A stretch of DNA of 64,000 nt from Eledone cirrhosa (GCA_964016885.1 OZ024746.1:85250001-85314000), one strand, 5' to 3'. Shown: positions 26,807 through 41,524, counted from the first letter of the stretch. Numbers and translations are program-made. Notes: a model not told the origin generated them from the letters alone.

Positions 26807-28674
26807 GGGCATGAAGGAAAAGAACAAGGAAAAAGAAAAAAGAGGTAGACGATCAAAGAAATAAGTGGGAGGTGGGAGAAGAAGATGAGCTGGACAAAAA
26901 CTAAGGAAGTTAAAGATTTGTTATTTCCTCCATAATCCACCGCCTTCCTTCCTCTCATTTATTCCTCAATCTTTCTCAGCCCCATCACCCTTTCACTACT
27001 TCGCCACTACTTTCATATAAATACGTACCATTTGGTTGCATTAGCTGTAATTAGCCCGCGTTGTAAGTTCAGGTCTGCCCGAAGGTATAGGTGGAGTCAT
27101 GGCACGTGTAACTTCTAAGAGAAAGCGAAGGGTGTTAAATTGTTTTATTATTTGATTTATTTTGTTTTTGTTTTTTGTTTGTTCTGTTGTTTTTTTTTCG
27201 ATTTTCTTCTTCGGAAGATAATGAAAGAAACGGTGGAATAACAATAGATGGTTGAGAGTTCAATCAAAGACGTTGTTTACATCCCTCATTCGTCTGTTAT
27301 TAGGTGTTTTCGTTGTTATTCTTGTTTTTTATGTTATTTTTGTATCCACCTGCCATTGTTTTAGCTTTAAACTCATGCCCTACACCTACCACCATTACTG
27401 TCATCACACTACATTACACCGTCATTACGAATATCATCACCATAGTCCACTTCTTTGAAAACTTCCACCACACCTCTAACAACGATGACAACGATGACGA
27501 CGACGACAACGAAATTGTTAACACCTAGAGTCATTATCCATTTACCCAAGTGTTATATCCTGTTGTCACATCGACCACATCTTGTCACCTTGACACCCTC
27601 GAGCCAACGAGAGAAAGCCTCTATGTTGTCGCTCAATACTCTAGAAATAGCAACCAAATCTCCCTCAAATCGCATGAAAAAAAAAAGATATTGTGATCCT
27701 GGGTACGTTGCACATTGGACAAAGACAGAATGGTCTTTCCTGGAATGCCTTTGATAACTTGTCTCAATCAAGGTTGACCTAGGGCTAAAATATGTTGCAA
27801 ATATAGAAACATATGAACGGTCGATAAATTTTGACAAATAAAATCAAAATGTAACAAAAATCTTATTCTGATTACAAAATTTAGAGACTGGGGGGGTGGG
27901 GGTATTTTCATGATATTGAATTTGAAAAATGATTATTTATCAGTTTATCTTTGTTGATTATAAATATAGAGAACACATAAAAACAATCGCTGGACAGACT
28001 TTAAGGGCAAAACGAACCGGTAGGAGACCTAGGGGTAGATTCCGAGCAAGATGGTTCGATAACATCCATGAGCTTGGCAGGTCACGCTTGGGGATCTAGT
28101 CAGATCAGTTAGAGACGGTTGCTTCTGATAGGAACTGCTGGAAGGAGCAACCGTCTCTAACAAGAAGAAGAAGAAATATAAACTAATAGATTTGGTGGTA
28201 ATGTGCTTCTTAATTTCCAAGCATTGAAATCTTAGACTTATTTAATTAAATACACAAATAAATATATAATATATACAGCTTCCCAAACAGTAAATCTTGC
28301 GATGCCACGATAACCTATTTGTATTGCAGGGGAAACTTTGTTATATGTTGAGATAACATTGTTATCTAGTTAGACACATGATAGAGTAAACATATAACAG
28401 TAAACTGATACTAACGATGGATATGGGAATGCAATCAAATATAAATGATTTATAAATTATAATCAGCAAATAGGATTCTAGTTGTTGTTATTTCTATGCA
28501 CTACATTTTAGTGACATATGTTCTCAGAAATAAAGGGCGCGATTTAGAGTCCTCCAAGAAATTGTCCTTTCAATATATTTGAGCTTGATAGTTGCTAAGT
28601 GTTCAGAAGAGAGATCATGCACCAAAATAGCACTTATGAAGATTTACCTGAGAATCACGATGAATCACAAAATA

Positions 28675-28760
28675 CTGTTTAGTTCAATGGTTAGAGCCGT
28701 CAGTCGATAGGTGAAAGATATAAAGGTTCGATTCCCCCTAGAGACTGCTAGCCACTTTTT
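28675..28760 (+). pseudogene. Decayed tRNA-like / SINE head
   Basis: tagttcaatggttagagc (A box), ggttcgattcc (B box), followed by TTTTT; acceptor stem does not pair. Confidence 0.5.
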
Positions 28761-29241
28761 CCCGTCAATAAGGGCGTCTTTACTCGATGTTTTTAAAGCT
28801 ATTTATAGCAACCAACTATATTTACAGTTGTCTTCTGCGTCTGAGTTTCCTGCATGTTCTATGAACACCCTAAGGGTATTTTACCCGTTTTTTCTAGGCT
28901 CTCGTTTATAACAATCTACTGTATTTACAGCTATTTTTGTGTCTGAATTTCTTACATTTTCTATGAACTTCATAATTCCTGAGTGCATCCAAAGTTCGAT
29001 GCCTTACATACAATGTTGTTTACATTTAAAAGCTGTACGAATTAACATTCTAATATGGATGGGGTCTGTTGTCAGAGGTCGTTAAGCTCGATGGTTACAG
29101 CCATCAGTCGGTATCTGAAAAATACGAAATTCGTTTCTCCATAGTAACCACTGACCACATTTCTTCGTCCATGGCACATAGGGATATTTATAGCAATCGA
29201 CCGCATTTACAGCAATTTCTCAGTCTGAGTTTCTTACATTT

Positions 29242-29326
<85 letters not shown>

Positions 29327-29331
<5 letters not shown>

Positions 29332-29504
29332 AAAAAGTATGACTCCGACGGCAGAGCTCAAGCCGTTTCGACGGCTATTTCTGGACTCAGAAATAACCGT
29401 CGAAAGGGCTTGAGCTCTGCCGTCGGGGTCTTACTTTTTCCTATTTCCCACTCTACTACCCTGGTGTGTTATGGTCCATCTGGTTCCTTACCACAATTCC
29501 TTTG

Positions 29505-29506
<2 letters not shown>
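29327..29506 (+). mobile_element. Hairpin-element family P: 57-bp-arm palindrome plus unique tail
   Basis: Arms 29327-29383 / 29388-29444 with a 4-nt loop; (TA)n on both sides. Confidence 0.85.
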
Positions 29507-29563
<57 letters not shown>

Positions 29564-29603
29564 AGAGAGAGAGGGAGAGGGAGAGGGAAGAGAGAGAGAG
29601 AAA

Positions 29604-29639
<36 letters not shown>

Positions 29640-30042
29640 CCACACCTACAAACATAGAGGCACCTAAAAATATAGGTTTATGTGTTGGAGTGCACGAATT
29701 CGTGTGCATTGTGACTGCAAATTTCAATATATTTGTATTTTTGTGACTGTTTATATTTGTGCGTGTGAGCATATTTAGACCTCATCACCTCAATTCCATA
29801 CTTACTACTACTACTACTACTACTACTACTTTCAGTGCCACTACCACCCTTACCGCCTTCCCGACACTATCATTCTACATTTATGTTGCCCCGAAGGCTT
29901 TGTACAGTAAATTTTTTTAGCGTTGTACACAAATAACTCAAAACTGAAATAATGCTTTCATACTTTTATTATAATATAAATTTGAGTTAGAAATAGTTGC
30001 TATTTACTTATTTTATATATTTTATATATGTGTATCTTTGTA

Positions 30043-30088
<46 letters not shown>

Positions 30089-30130
30089 TATATATATGTG
30101 TGTGTGTGTGTGTGTAGGTAGGTGTGCGTG

Positions 30131-30176
<46 letters not shown>

Positions 30177-30241
30177 CATATATATACAATTACATACATA
30201 TACATATATACATAATTACATATACATATATGTAATTATAT

Positions 30242-30305
<64 letters not shown>

Positions 30306-30345
30306 ATTCCATACATACATATATGTAATTATATTACATACATAA

Positions 30346-30381
<36 letters not shown>

Positions 30382-30622
30382 GATGGTGGGAGTGGTTGTT
30401 ATTTAATTTCATTTATCCTTTCTTTTTATATTTTTTATATTTTCTATTCATTTATTTTTTCATTCCTTTAACTTCTAAATAACCAATTGTATTAGTGTTT
30501 TTGCATTAAATCATAAATCTGAAAAATCTTTTTTTAAATGTTTATTGAGCAAACATTGATTTTCCTACTTTAAAGATAAGGCCACCAAAGATTGGGTGGT
30601 GGCGGTGGTAGTATTGTTAGTG

Positions 30623-30654
<32 letters not shown>

Positions 30655-31079
30655 GGTGGTGGTGGCGGGAGGGGGGATGATAGTGTTGGTGGTTTTGTAG
30701 ACCTATGCAACTGATCTGCAGTATATTGCCGGAACTGATACGAGCTTGAAAAATGTTTCAACTCCACGCTCCGTCGGCTTGTCTTAAATACAAATGGCAA
30801 CCAAATCTCCCTCAGATTATCAGAAAAGAAAATGACACGACCAAGGATTCTACCAAAAATTAGGTTAGTCACAACCGAAATGGCTTTGATCTTAGATTTT
30901 GTGTTTCAGGGAAAGACTTTGGACCAAACAACAACAACAACAACAACAGCAACAGCAAATAATTCATATTTTAGGTAACCTAGCGTTGATGAAAGACAAA
31001 ATTGAATCTAACGTACATTTTGAGCCTAATTTTCGTAAGACAATTATCTAGTCTGAGAACAATAGAATGTTGAATTGAT

Positions 31080-32160
31080 ACATTTCATGCAACAGGAAAA
31101 TTGGAATACAAGAAGAAAAAATGACAAAATCTAAATTGAAACAATCTCTTAGGCACATAAATGGAAAACCCTAGTTATAGACCAAGTGCCAAATTTCTGA
31201 TTATCTGCACTGCCATCTACTCACAAAAATCTCGCAGATTTCCTAAACGAAATCATGCTAAATTCAACTAAAACACCGGTGTAGCTATGCAGAGAAACCA
31301 ATTATCTATTGCCAAAAACCAAGGACACAGACTAATTACCTGCCTTGAAAAAACCTCCCCGAAACTTCTAACATCCATACAGACTAAACGTACATATACC
31401 TATATGGAAGGAAGCACCATCTTCTTAATAGAGCAAACAAGTTGTCACGACTCATACGGCTGTAAAAAGAAACTAATAATAAACTATGTGATACTTGAAA
31501 ATTGTTGCTTAAAATACAAGAAATTAAGCTGCGCATGAATTGGCTTCAAGAATGCATTAAACAGTGTCCCTACATTCATGAATAGTAAAATCCTTAGAAC
31601 TTTACGAAGTATCCCCAACGGTAGTCAGTTGCTTGAGACACAACATTACCTTGTAGAATACTAACGCCATTCTTTCACACTCAAGGGATACAATAATCAA
31701 TGACAACATAAACATTGGCTGTGCCATTTTTCAATGAGACTTGCTTTCTACACTACTTTTTCTGTCCCTCTTAATTTCCGTTATCGATAAAACATGCTTT
31801 GAATATCACCCATTTATTTCACCCATTTATCATTTTTGAAAGACTTTTAAAAGCAGTTAAGAGGTTCATAGATGACATAGGTTTGGAGTTTGGAAAAAGT
31901 CAAAGTCAGGAGGGAGTTTACAAGTACCTAGAGGCTAATGTAGGAGACGGTATACAACATTCCACAGTGAAGGAAAAAATTAAAAAAGAATGCATCCGGA
32001 GAATAAGAACCATCCTAAAGACAAAACTGAATGCAAAAGTTGAATAACACCCTACAATCCCAGTTGTAAGCTATAGCTTTAATACTGACATCTAGAACAT
32101 ATGCAAAATTAAATAGATAGATACGAAAATCCAAAAGATACCGATAGGAAAGTGAGAATG
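31080..32160 (+). mobile_element. Decayed R4/Dong-like LINE reverse transcriptase
   Basis: HKWK..DQVPNF*L..L.STH, EQ.SC..SYGCKKKLIIN.VILENC..LSCA*IGFKNALNSVP, YKYLE..IQHSTVKEKIKKECIRRIRTILKTKLNAK; many stops and frameshifts. Confidence 0.8.
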
Positions 32161-33096
32161 TCACTTACCCTATTCCTGTAGAAAGACACTTTAACCGTCT
32201 TTCCAGCTAGATGTGGACATTTTCACGAGTATGTCTGTAGAAATTCCTTTGTTGGTGGTTCCTCTGAAATCTATTATTCCATCTGGCTATTGGCTTTTAG
32301 ACTTGTGTATGTTGTTGAGTTTTCCTCTGTTGTTGTTGCAGTCACTGTGTCCATTGTTATTAGTGTGATTTCCCGCTGTTAGGGATCTGATCACTACATT
32401 TCACAGCCTTGGCAAATGTATGAGCCTTCCTTGATATGTGACTAGTGGTGAACAGAAGACCTTTAAGTAGCTTACAGCACCATATGTGTGGTATCATAGC
32501 CTTCTGCCCTCTACGAACACAGATTTTTGAATTTGGGATTTACTTGCTCTTTCCACCCGATCCGATTTTTCTTCGCTGCAGCAAAATGCAATCATGCATC
32601 GTTGCATAGAAACACATTAAACAATGTAGCCCTAGATACTCCGGTATCACTAAAAAGACAGGATGGTTACGGTTGGAATACCTATGATCATAGATAAGAA
32701 TTGACTTGGGTCTATAATACAACGACAACAAAACACAACAGCAGCTATAACAACTGCAACATCAGAAACAGGAGCAACCACAATGAAATTATCGGCTGAC
32801 TTGGAAATGGCACAGAGCTAGTAGCTTAACTGTAATGTACTTTGCCGTTAACCAGAACATATTTGTTCAATTTCCACTTGGTAGTACTAAGTAAATATTT
32901 CTTCTGTTTTCTTTTGGTTATTATTATTACTATTATTATTATTATTATCATCATTGTATTGTGTGTGCGTGTGTGTAAATGTGTCCTTGTATAGCCATGT
33001 TCTCATTTAATATATGCAAATATATTCTTTGAAGAATCCTATCTCATTAATAAATATATTTGTGTTTATGCGCATAAGATATTTGCATGTGTATGA

Positions 33097-33162
<66 letters not shown>

Positions 33163-33200
33163 GTGTGTGTGTGTGTATATATATATATAATATATACATA

Positions 33201-33232
<32 letters not shown>

Positions 33233-33819
33233 CATATATATGTATGTATATATATACACATATATATACATATATATATATATACATATTTATATAGACA
33301 TATATATATATATATACATATATATACATATATACATATACATATATATATACATATATACATATATGTATTCATATATACATATACATATATATATATT
33401 TGGGGGTTGTGTGTGCGTGTGTAATTTTATGTGCATAAACTGATGGTGTGTATGTAGGGAGAAACGAGAGATAGTTGTGAGTTTTTGTTGGTGCTGGGAT
33501 GTAAAGCTTTGTAATAAAAAAAACGTTAAAAAAATGTAATACCTCTTGATTTTTGTTGGGTGGGGGGGTCTGTTATTATATGAATTATTACTATTGTTGT
33601 CATTAATATTCTTTGTGGCTATTGTTATTATTAGTGATGTTGTTAGTTATGATGTTATGTTTTTGGTTTCGCCGATCCCACCACCACAACCAACACCACC
33701 ACCGACATCATCATCGTCGCCACCACTACTGCTACTTATTAGATGGACGTCGGCCTGCTGAAGCATGAGTGAAAGGACAGAGATTTCACCCCCTTCCTAC
33801 CTTCCTCCCTTTTATTTGG

Positions 33820-33871
<52 letters not shown>

Positions 33872-34314
33872 TCTGTCTTTCTTTCTCTCTCTCTCTCTCT
33901 CTCTCTGTCTTTCTTTCTTTCTCTCTCTCTCTATCGCTCTCTGTCTCTCTGTCTTTCTTTCTCTCTCTCCCCCTCTTTTGCCATCAAAGTGTTTTGTCTG
34001 ATTACCAAACTGCTAATAGCTAATATCCCAATGGGGATAACAAGTCAATCAAAACGCACAAAACTAAATATAAAAACCAACCTAAAAATAACATACCAAT
34101 AAATATAATAGAGAAAAATAGTATTAAACATATCAAAAAGCTGCATATCTAAAATGAAAAAAAATACTATATATAAAATGAATTATAAATGGAAAATATA
34201 CCAAAAAAAAAATCATTTGCTTTGTCGATGTTTGATAATATCGAGTCGTAAAATAATATTGAACACATACACACTTACAGCACATAAATATGCGAATATA
34301 CATATAGGTATATG

Positions 34315-34371
<57 letters not shown>

Positions 34372-34493
34372 ATATATATATATATATATATACGTGTACT
34401 TATTTATGTAGATATATCATATATGTATATATATATGTGTGTGTGTGCGTGTGTGTGTATATATATTTGTATATTTATATCTATCTATCTATA

Positions 34494-34577
<84 letters not shown>

Positions 34578-34739
34578 CGCATGCACATACATAGATGCGT
34601 ATGTGTGTGTGTGAGTATCTGTGTATGTATCCATAAGTGTGTTCGTACGCATGAATAAGTACTTGAGTTTTCGTGTGTCTGATGATCGTTGTATGAATTT
34701 ATGGATGAATATACGTGTGTGTGCGTGTTTGCGTTTGAT

Positions 34740-34772
<33 letters not shown>

Positions 34773-34783
34773 TCATGTATATA

Positions 34784-34876
<93 letters not shown>

Positions 34877-34891
34877 TCATGTATATATATA

Positions 34892-34969
<78 letters not shown>

Positions 34970-35018
34970 CATACACACAATCATGTATATATAAATACAT
35001 ATATATGTATATATAGTT

Positions 35019-35092
35019 TTTTCTGCTGATGAGGTATCACGTGTTCATATATGAATGCTTGACAACCAAAACCCTCGTTCGTGTCCAGAAAA
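35019..35092 (+). ncRNA. Decayed type I hammerhead (G12 to A)
   Basis: ttttctg-CTGATGA-ggt(hairpin)acc-AAAAC...GTC-cagaaaa; 7-bp stem I. Confidence 0.6.
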
Positions 35093-35324
35093 TATATAGA
35101 ATAATACATGACAATATATATAATTTAACGACACATATATATATATATTGACATCTATCCAGATGAATATATGAGCCAGAGCATTCGAGTGTGTGTTTTA
35201 TGTTTAGTTTTAGGATTATAGCCAGCTTTATGTCAGGTAGGAAGAAGTTTTCCCTTAACAGATACATCGTATAGAAAAAATATTAGAAAAGAAACTTCTG
35301 GTTAATTTTCTAGTATATTTCATG

Positions 35325-35512
35325 TTTAGGATTAAGGTTAAGGTTGGGATTAGCGTTACGGTTGGATTAGTGTTAGAGTTAGGGACAGGGTTAAGGTTAG
35401 TTTTAGTATTAGGCTTAGATTCAGGATGACATTTTAGAGTAATTTCTCGTTAACGGATGCAGCACATGTAAAATATACTAGAAAAGTAACTTCTAATTAG
35501 GGTTAGTGTTAG
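35325..35512 (+). repeat. Degenerate TTAGGG-like hexamer tract
   Basis: ttaagg ttaagg ttggga ttagcg ttacgg..ttagtg ttagag ttaggg. Confidence 0.65.
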
Positions 35513-35526
35513 TTTCACTTCTTGTT

Positions 35527-36125
35527 CTAGGGCCATCCTTCCGTTGAAGGTGAAGCATGCATAAAGTACTTGTTCCAGAGTTCCTGATCTCTTATCGTAG
35601 AAGGAAGATTCCGTCCAGTGTGGCCAGGGTCTCTCGCCACCAAAGTCCTGATGGTTATGTTTGGACGTCCCACTCGACATTTTACATCTGATGACCGGAG
35701 AAGCAGTTTCCCTGCAGGTTTATGATGGCTGGAAACATGATCAGTAAGAGCCAAGCGATGGGATCGAACTTTCGATGAAACTCGTGGCAGATCACCATAA
35801 AGTACTTTCTTGGTAGTGTGATTTTGTCACGAAATATTGAACAACACATAAAACATCTTGGTGTAGGAAACATCAAGTCTCTTAGGGTGAGCGACACTGA
35901 GAGTCCAGGATTCTGAACTATATAGTAAAATGGTTTCGACCATAGCTTTGATGACTTTGCTCTTCGTAGATCTTGTGATGGGAGCTTTTTGTAGTGAATG
36001 TATTGTATCCCCTGCTTGACCAATTCTGAAGGTCATGTCATGTTGAGGGTCACAGTAACCTCTCAGAAATTTAAATTCTTGAACCAGTTCGATGGGTGAA
36101 CCGTCAGAAGTATGTAGTGAATGAC
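35527..36125 (-). mobile_element. RTE-clade LINE, decayed RT C-terminus
   Basis: IELVQEFKFL..VETILLYSSESWTL..KRLDVSYTKM..NIS*..LYGDLPRVS..RLALTDH..RVGRP. Confidence 0.85.
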
Positions 36126-36130
36126 AAACT

Positions 36131-36208
36131 TGACCAAGGCGAGATTTGAACTCAGAACGTAAAAGGCCGTAACTAAATGCTACAAAGCATTTTCTCTGAC
36201 GCTCTAAC
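36131..36208 (-). mobile_element. SINE family A fragment
   Basis: ggcgagatttgaactcagaacgtaaaaggccgtaac. Confidence 0.75.
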
Positions 36209-36563
36209 TTGCTGCAACTAAATCACAGCTAAACCTCTGAAAATGTTTTAATCTTTTTTTTTTTAGCCTACAAAATTTCAAATCGGAAAATATGTACACA
36301 GATGTACTGGGAACACACCAGAAATAAAGAAAATTCAGATTAAGGAATAAGACTGAAACAGTAGAGTAATTTCCCCTTAACACTGAGCTCGGCTTATTTT
36401 AGTTCGTTTGCTTATAATTCTTATCAATCTGCTTATTTATCTATCAAGTCGTATTATTCAATAATGGCCTCCATCAAAAACCTATTTTTCTTCTGTACTT
36501 TTCCAACCTATTGTGGTTCTGTCATATATACATACTTCTATAATTTACACACACACACACGCG

Positions 36564-36610
<47 letters not shown>

Positions 36611-36615
36611 TCATA

Positions 36616-36715
<100 letters not shown>

Positions 36716-37710
36716 CGCGCGCATATAACTGTGTGTAGAGTCATGGGCATTTATACATTAGTGTATTTGGGTATGTATGTATACAAGTATATGAGTATGT
36801 GTGTGTGTATGTGTGAAGCATATAAGTAGAATGATGATTAGACATTACTTTTCGTTACTAAATACAATCAAGAAGAAAACTTTGTTTTCAAATAGAATAA
36901 ATAATTAAATAAATAAACCAAAATCGAAAGTAAAATCGAATATATAAATAAACAATGTGTCATATATATATATATATATAAAGAATAACAGTAAAACAGT
37001 TATAAAATAATACAAGAAAAAATGTTAAAAGGTTACGAAATCATAAAATAAAAAGAAAGTGAAACAAAATGGCAGCTATACAGGCTAAAGCTTAAGCGCG
37101 CGAAGCGGTAATATTATGACATTAAATAGGGAAGACATATTGAAAACAATTCTGATCATAGAAAATTGTTAAAGCAAGCAAGAGAAGACAACATTAAGAA
37201 TGAGATTTGATACTTTGTCTCGGTTCCATCATCAACTGTGTTAAAGTCTTTTACATGTTCGAACATGTGCACCTGATAGCCAAAACCCAATTATGTTAGC
37301 GAATCTTATTCTCTTTACATTGTTATCTACCAATTGATGTTCTTGCTGGAGGTTCGAATAGAAGAAGAAGAAGAAGAAGAAGAAGAAGAAGAAGAAGAAG
37401 AAGAAGAAGAAGAAGAAGAAGAAGAAGAAGAAGAAGAAGAAGAAGAAGAAGAAGAAGAAGAAGAAGAAGAAGAAGAAGAAGAAGAAGAAGATTTCGTCTA
37501 TTCCTTTTGCTTTCTTCCTTCATTATTGTTGGTCTTTTTTGTTGTTGTTTTGCGATGCCTAATGTAGTTTTATGTGATTGTTTCCATTAGTTTTTGCGTT
37601 GTTTTGGGTTGTGCCTATTGGATTTGTATATTATATATATGTGTGTCTTTATGTGGAAATGTACATATATTTGAATGAACTCACACACACTTACATACAT
37701 ACACACATAT

Positions 37711-37745
<35 letters not shown>

Positions 37746-37811
37746 CATATGTATATCTGTGTGTATGTATGTAAGTGTGTGTGTGTGTGTGTATGTATGT
37801 ATATATATATA

Positions 37812-37866
<55 letters not shown>

Positions 37867-38005
37867 TCACACACATTTCTGCATTTTATTTTTTATTTTA
37901 TTTGTCATGCTATGTTCAAAGAAAATAGGCAGCCATTATGATTATTATGAGCATCATTCTCGGCCCTAGTGGCCAATAAATGAAATCACTATTATTATTA
38001 TTATA

Positions 38006-38636
38006 TTACGGCCCTTTATGATCTGAGTTCAAATCCCGCCGAGGTTAACTTTGCCTTTCATCCTTACGGGGTCGATAAAATAAAGTATCAGTCACGCAGT
38101 GGGGTCGGTTTAATCGACTTTCCCCTCCCCCAAAATTACTGGCCTTGTGCCTATACTAGAAATCATTATTATTATTATTATTTGTTTCTACTTTAGGCAC
38201 AAGGCCAGCAATTCACCAGTTCATTACTGGTACTTTATTTTATCGACCCCGTAAGGATGAAAGGCAAAGTCAACCTCGGCGGAATTTGAACTCAGTCCGT
38301 AAAGCGACGTAACTATGCTGGAAAGCATGGCGTCCGACCCTCTACTGATACTGTCAATCCACCACCGATTTTTATTATTATTATTATTATTGGTATATTA
38401 CCTTTCATCCTTACGGGGTCGATAAATAAAGCACCAGTAATTCCCTGGTGTCAATTTAATCGACTTTCCTCCTCCTCTTCAAATTTCTGGCCTTGTGCCG
38501 AAAGTAGAAACATTACGGACTGAGTTCAAATCCCGCCGAGGTTAACTTTGCCTTTCATCTTTACGGGGTCGATAAAATAAAGTACCAGTAATGTACTGGG
38601 TAATTGCTGGCCTTGTGCCAAAAGTAGAAACAATTA
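38006..38636. mobile_element. Four SINE family A copies (+,-,+,+) in (ATT)n
   Basis: Approximate copies 38006-38165, 38182-38367, 38401-38513, 38514-38636. Confidence 0.9.
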
Positions 38637-39141
38637 TTATTATTGGTATTGTTTGTTTTTTTCTTTTTTCTTATAATAGTAGTGGGGAGTTTTGGGGAGA
38701 ATGGCATCTGGGAGATAGGACATTCCCTATGTAGTCACTGGTAGTCTGTAATCCTAGTTCTGTAGGGTTCCAGGATTTGGACCCTAGATGGCACTCCTCT
38801 TCTCTTGAGGCTCTAACACACATCTTTCTACTCTCTATATCATTTTCTTTCTTTTTATTGTCTGGGCTTTTTTTTACATCCATTTTTTTTTTTTTTTTTA
38901 TTCATCGGCTTTCTGTGTCACCCTCAACAACATAGTCAGATATTGCAGCCTACCTCTGTGTCACCCCTCAACAACATAGTCAGATCTTGCAGCCTACCTC
39001 TGTGATGTTCCATCATCTGTAATTCCTGTGGCAATAAATGAATAGATTATCTTTCAGATTATAATCATCGTTGTTATATCTCTAGTGTTATTGTTGTTGT
39101 GGTTGAAGTGGGGTGGTAATGATCATTTATTTATTACTAAC

Positions 39142-39450
39142 CAGTTCCCTTACATTGCAGACTTGTGGGCTTGTGTCTAGGACAACCAATCGACCATATC
39201 TATAGTGAGGATTGAGCCACCACTTGCATTTAGAAGAGAAGTACGACAAGTCTTCCTTTGTCTGGTAGCTATTGCAAAGGAAACTGCATGGTAGATTCAT
39301 ATAAACGGATTGTGGTCAGGAATCTTTCTCTCTGGCCAAGCATTCATCAAGTTCCACCTGAAGAAAAAGATGAGGAGGTGCTTTCTAGTGTGTTTTATTA
39401 AAGATGGATGAGAGTAGCGGGATTGACGAGACTGAATGGGACTACTCTGT
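39142..39450 (+). mobile_element. Old Tx1-like 3' fragment related to 23019-23625
   Basis: QFPYIADLW..IEPP..VFLCLVAIAKETAW*..GLWSGIFLSG aligns to [37 protein letters not shown]. Confidence 0.75.
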
Positions 39451-39620
39451 TTATGCTTTTCTAAGGAGGTGGCACAAAAACTCGGAAGATGGCACTTGTA
39501 ATGCCTGTAAGGTGACAATGTAATCGGGGGGGTCTCCCTGCAATTGTCCTAAAGTGCTGTCCAACCACCTCTATTGAAAAACTAGTCCCAGTTGACAGAT
39601 GTCATTGTGTCTTATTGTTA

Positions 39621-39800
39621 TTGGCAGTATCGGTAGAGGGTCGGACGCCATGCTTTCCAGCATAGTTACGTCCCTTTACGATCTGAGTTCAAATCCCGCC
39701 GAGGTTGACTCTGCCTTTCATCCTTACGGGGTCGATAAAATAAAGTACCAGTAATGCACTGGGTAATTGCTGGCCTTGCGCCTAAAGTAGAAACAATTAT
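39621..39800 (+). mobile_element. SINE family A (further partial copies 40274-40365 and 40377-40450 minus, 50717-50842 minus)
   Basis: A/B boxes, core and tail. Confidence 0.9.
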
Positions 39801-40021
39801 TATTATTATAAATCTATTTGTCTCTCCAATCCACTCTCTCTCCCATTCTCTCTCCCGCTCTCCCTCTCTCTCCCTCTCTCTCTTCCTCTTTCTCTCTCTT
39901 TCTCTCTCTCTGTTTATTTTGTTGATGTTAATTATTTTTTGCATTCGTATTATTATCACTTCCAAATATTCATGTATTTCTTATTTAAAGTATTTTATAC
40001 GTATGTGTGTATGCATGTATA

Positions 40022-40094
40022 TATGTGTGCGCATATATATACATATATTCAGAATCATGCACACACACATACACACGCGCACACACACACACAC

Positions 40095-40144
<50 letters not shown>

Positions 40145-40221
40145 GTGTGTGTGTGTGTGCGCGTGTGTATGTGTGTGTGTGTGCATGATTCTGAATATAT
40201 GTATATATATGCGCACACATA
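40022..40221. repeat. 200-bp fold-back palindrome centred on (TA)n
   Basis: Unique words such as attcagaatcatgc / gcatgattctgaat are mirrored; arms differ only in microsatellite length. Confidence 0.93.
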
Positions 40222-40469
40222 GCTATATATGAATTAATATGTATGCATTATATATATATATATATATATATATAATTGTTCCCTACTTTTGGCACAAGGC
40301 CAGAAATTACCCAGTGTATTACTGGTACTTTATTTTATCTACCCCGTAAGGATGAAAGGCAAAGTTATATATATATAATTGTTTCTACTTTAGGCACAAG
40401 GCCAGCAATTACCCAATGCATTACTGGTACTTTATTTTATCGTCCCCGTAATATATAATATACATACAT

Positions 40470-40528
<59 letters not shown>

Positions 40529-40550
40529 ATATATATATATAATGTATGTA

Positions 40551-40616
<66 letters not shown>

Positions 40617-40884
40617 CATATATATAGAGAGAGAGATATACGCATATAGATATACATATGAATATGTATGCATCCATTGAAATACGTGTGTGTGTGTGTG
40701 TGTAATCCCAATGTAACACAATAATAATTTACAGGCAGATACTCATACAAAAACAACAGAAGATGAAAACACCTATACCCCCCCCCCTCCAATCCCTTTC
40801 CTCACACATGTGGCATACACACACTTACACATGCCCCCACATACGCACAAACATAAACGTACGCTCACATATATATACAATAAC

Positions 40885-41332
40885 CCTACTACCATCCGCA
40901 TCACCACCATCACCAGTATCACCACTTCCACCATCACCACCACCACTATCACTATCACCACCTCCACTATCTCCACCACCAGCACCGCCAAAATCACCAC
41001 CACCAGTATCACCACCTCCACCATCACCACCATCAACAACACCTCCACCACCACCTCCACCATCACCACTACCATCACCTCCACCATTACCACCACCAAC
41101 ACCTCCACCATTACCACCACCAACACCTCCACCATTACCACCACCACCACCACCACCATCATCACCACCTCCACCATCACCACCATCACCACTACCATCA
41201 TAACCACCTCCACCGTTACCACCACCAACACCACCAACACCACCACCACCACCATCACCACCACCACCATCACTACCACCACCACCACCCCCATCACCAC
41301 CACCACCACCACCACCACCACCACCACCATCA
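40885..41332. repeat. Degenerate (ACC/ATC)n trinucleotide tract
   Basis: Directly visible. Confidence 0.9.
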
Positions 41333-41524
41333 GCATCATGCTTTTGTTTTCTATGTAACTGGTAAGTCAAACAATCAGACGTTGTCTTCAAATACACTTG
41401 ACGTCGTTATCTAAAATGGCCGCCGGCTTGTCAGTATAAACCTGCTTACAAGAAGCTTTTATTTCCTGCTTGTCGTTTTAACGCCATGAAGAAATCTCTA
41501 CACATGCCGTTGCTTCTGTCAATA

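Noticed and set aside
28675-28760. Functional tRNA gene
   Set aside because: Acceptor and anticodon stems do not pair; A/B boxes elsewhere in the window belong to SINE heads
35325-35512. True telomere or chromosome fusion site
   Set aside because: Short, highly degenerate, single orientation
40763-41397. Mucin-, extensin- or Gly-rich ORFs
   Set aside because: (ACC)n tract open in several frames; no splice or domain evidence
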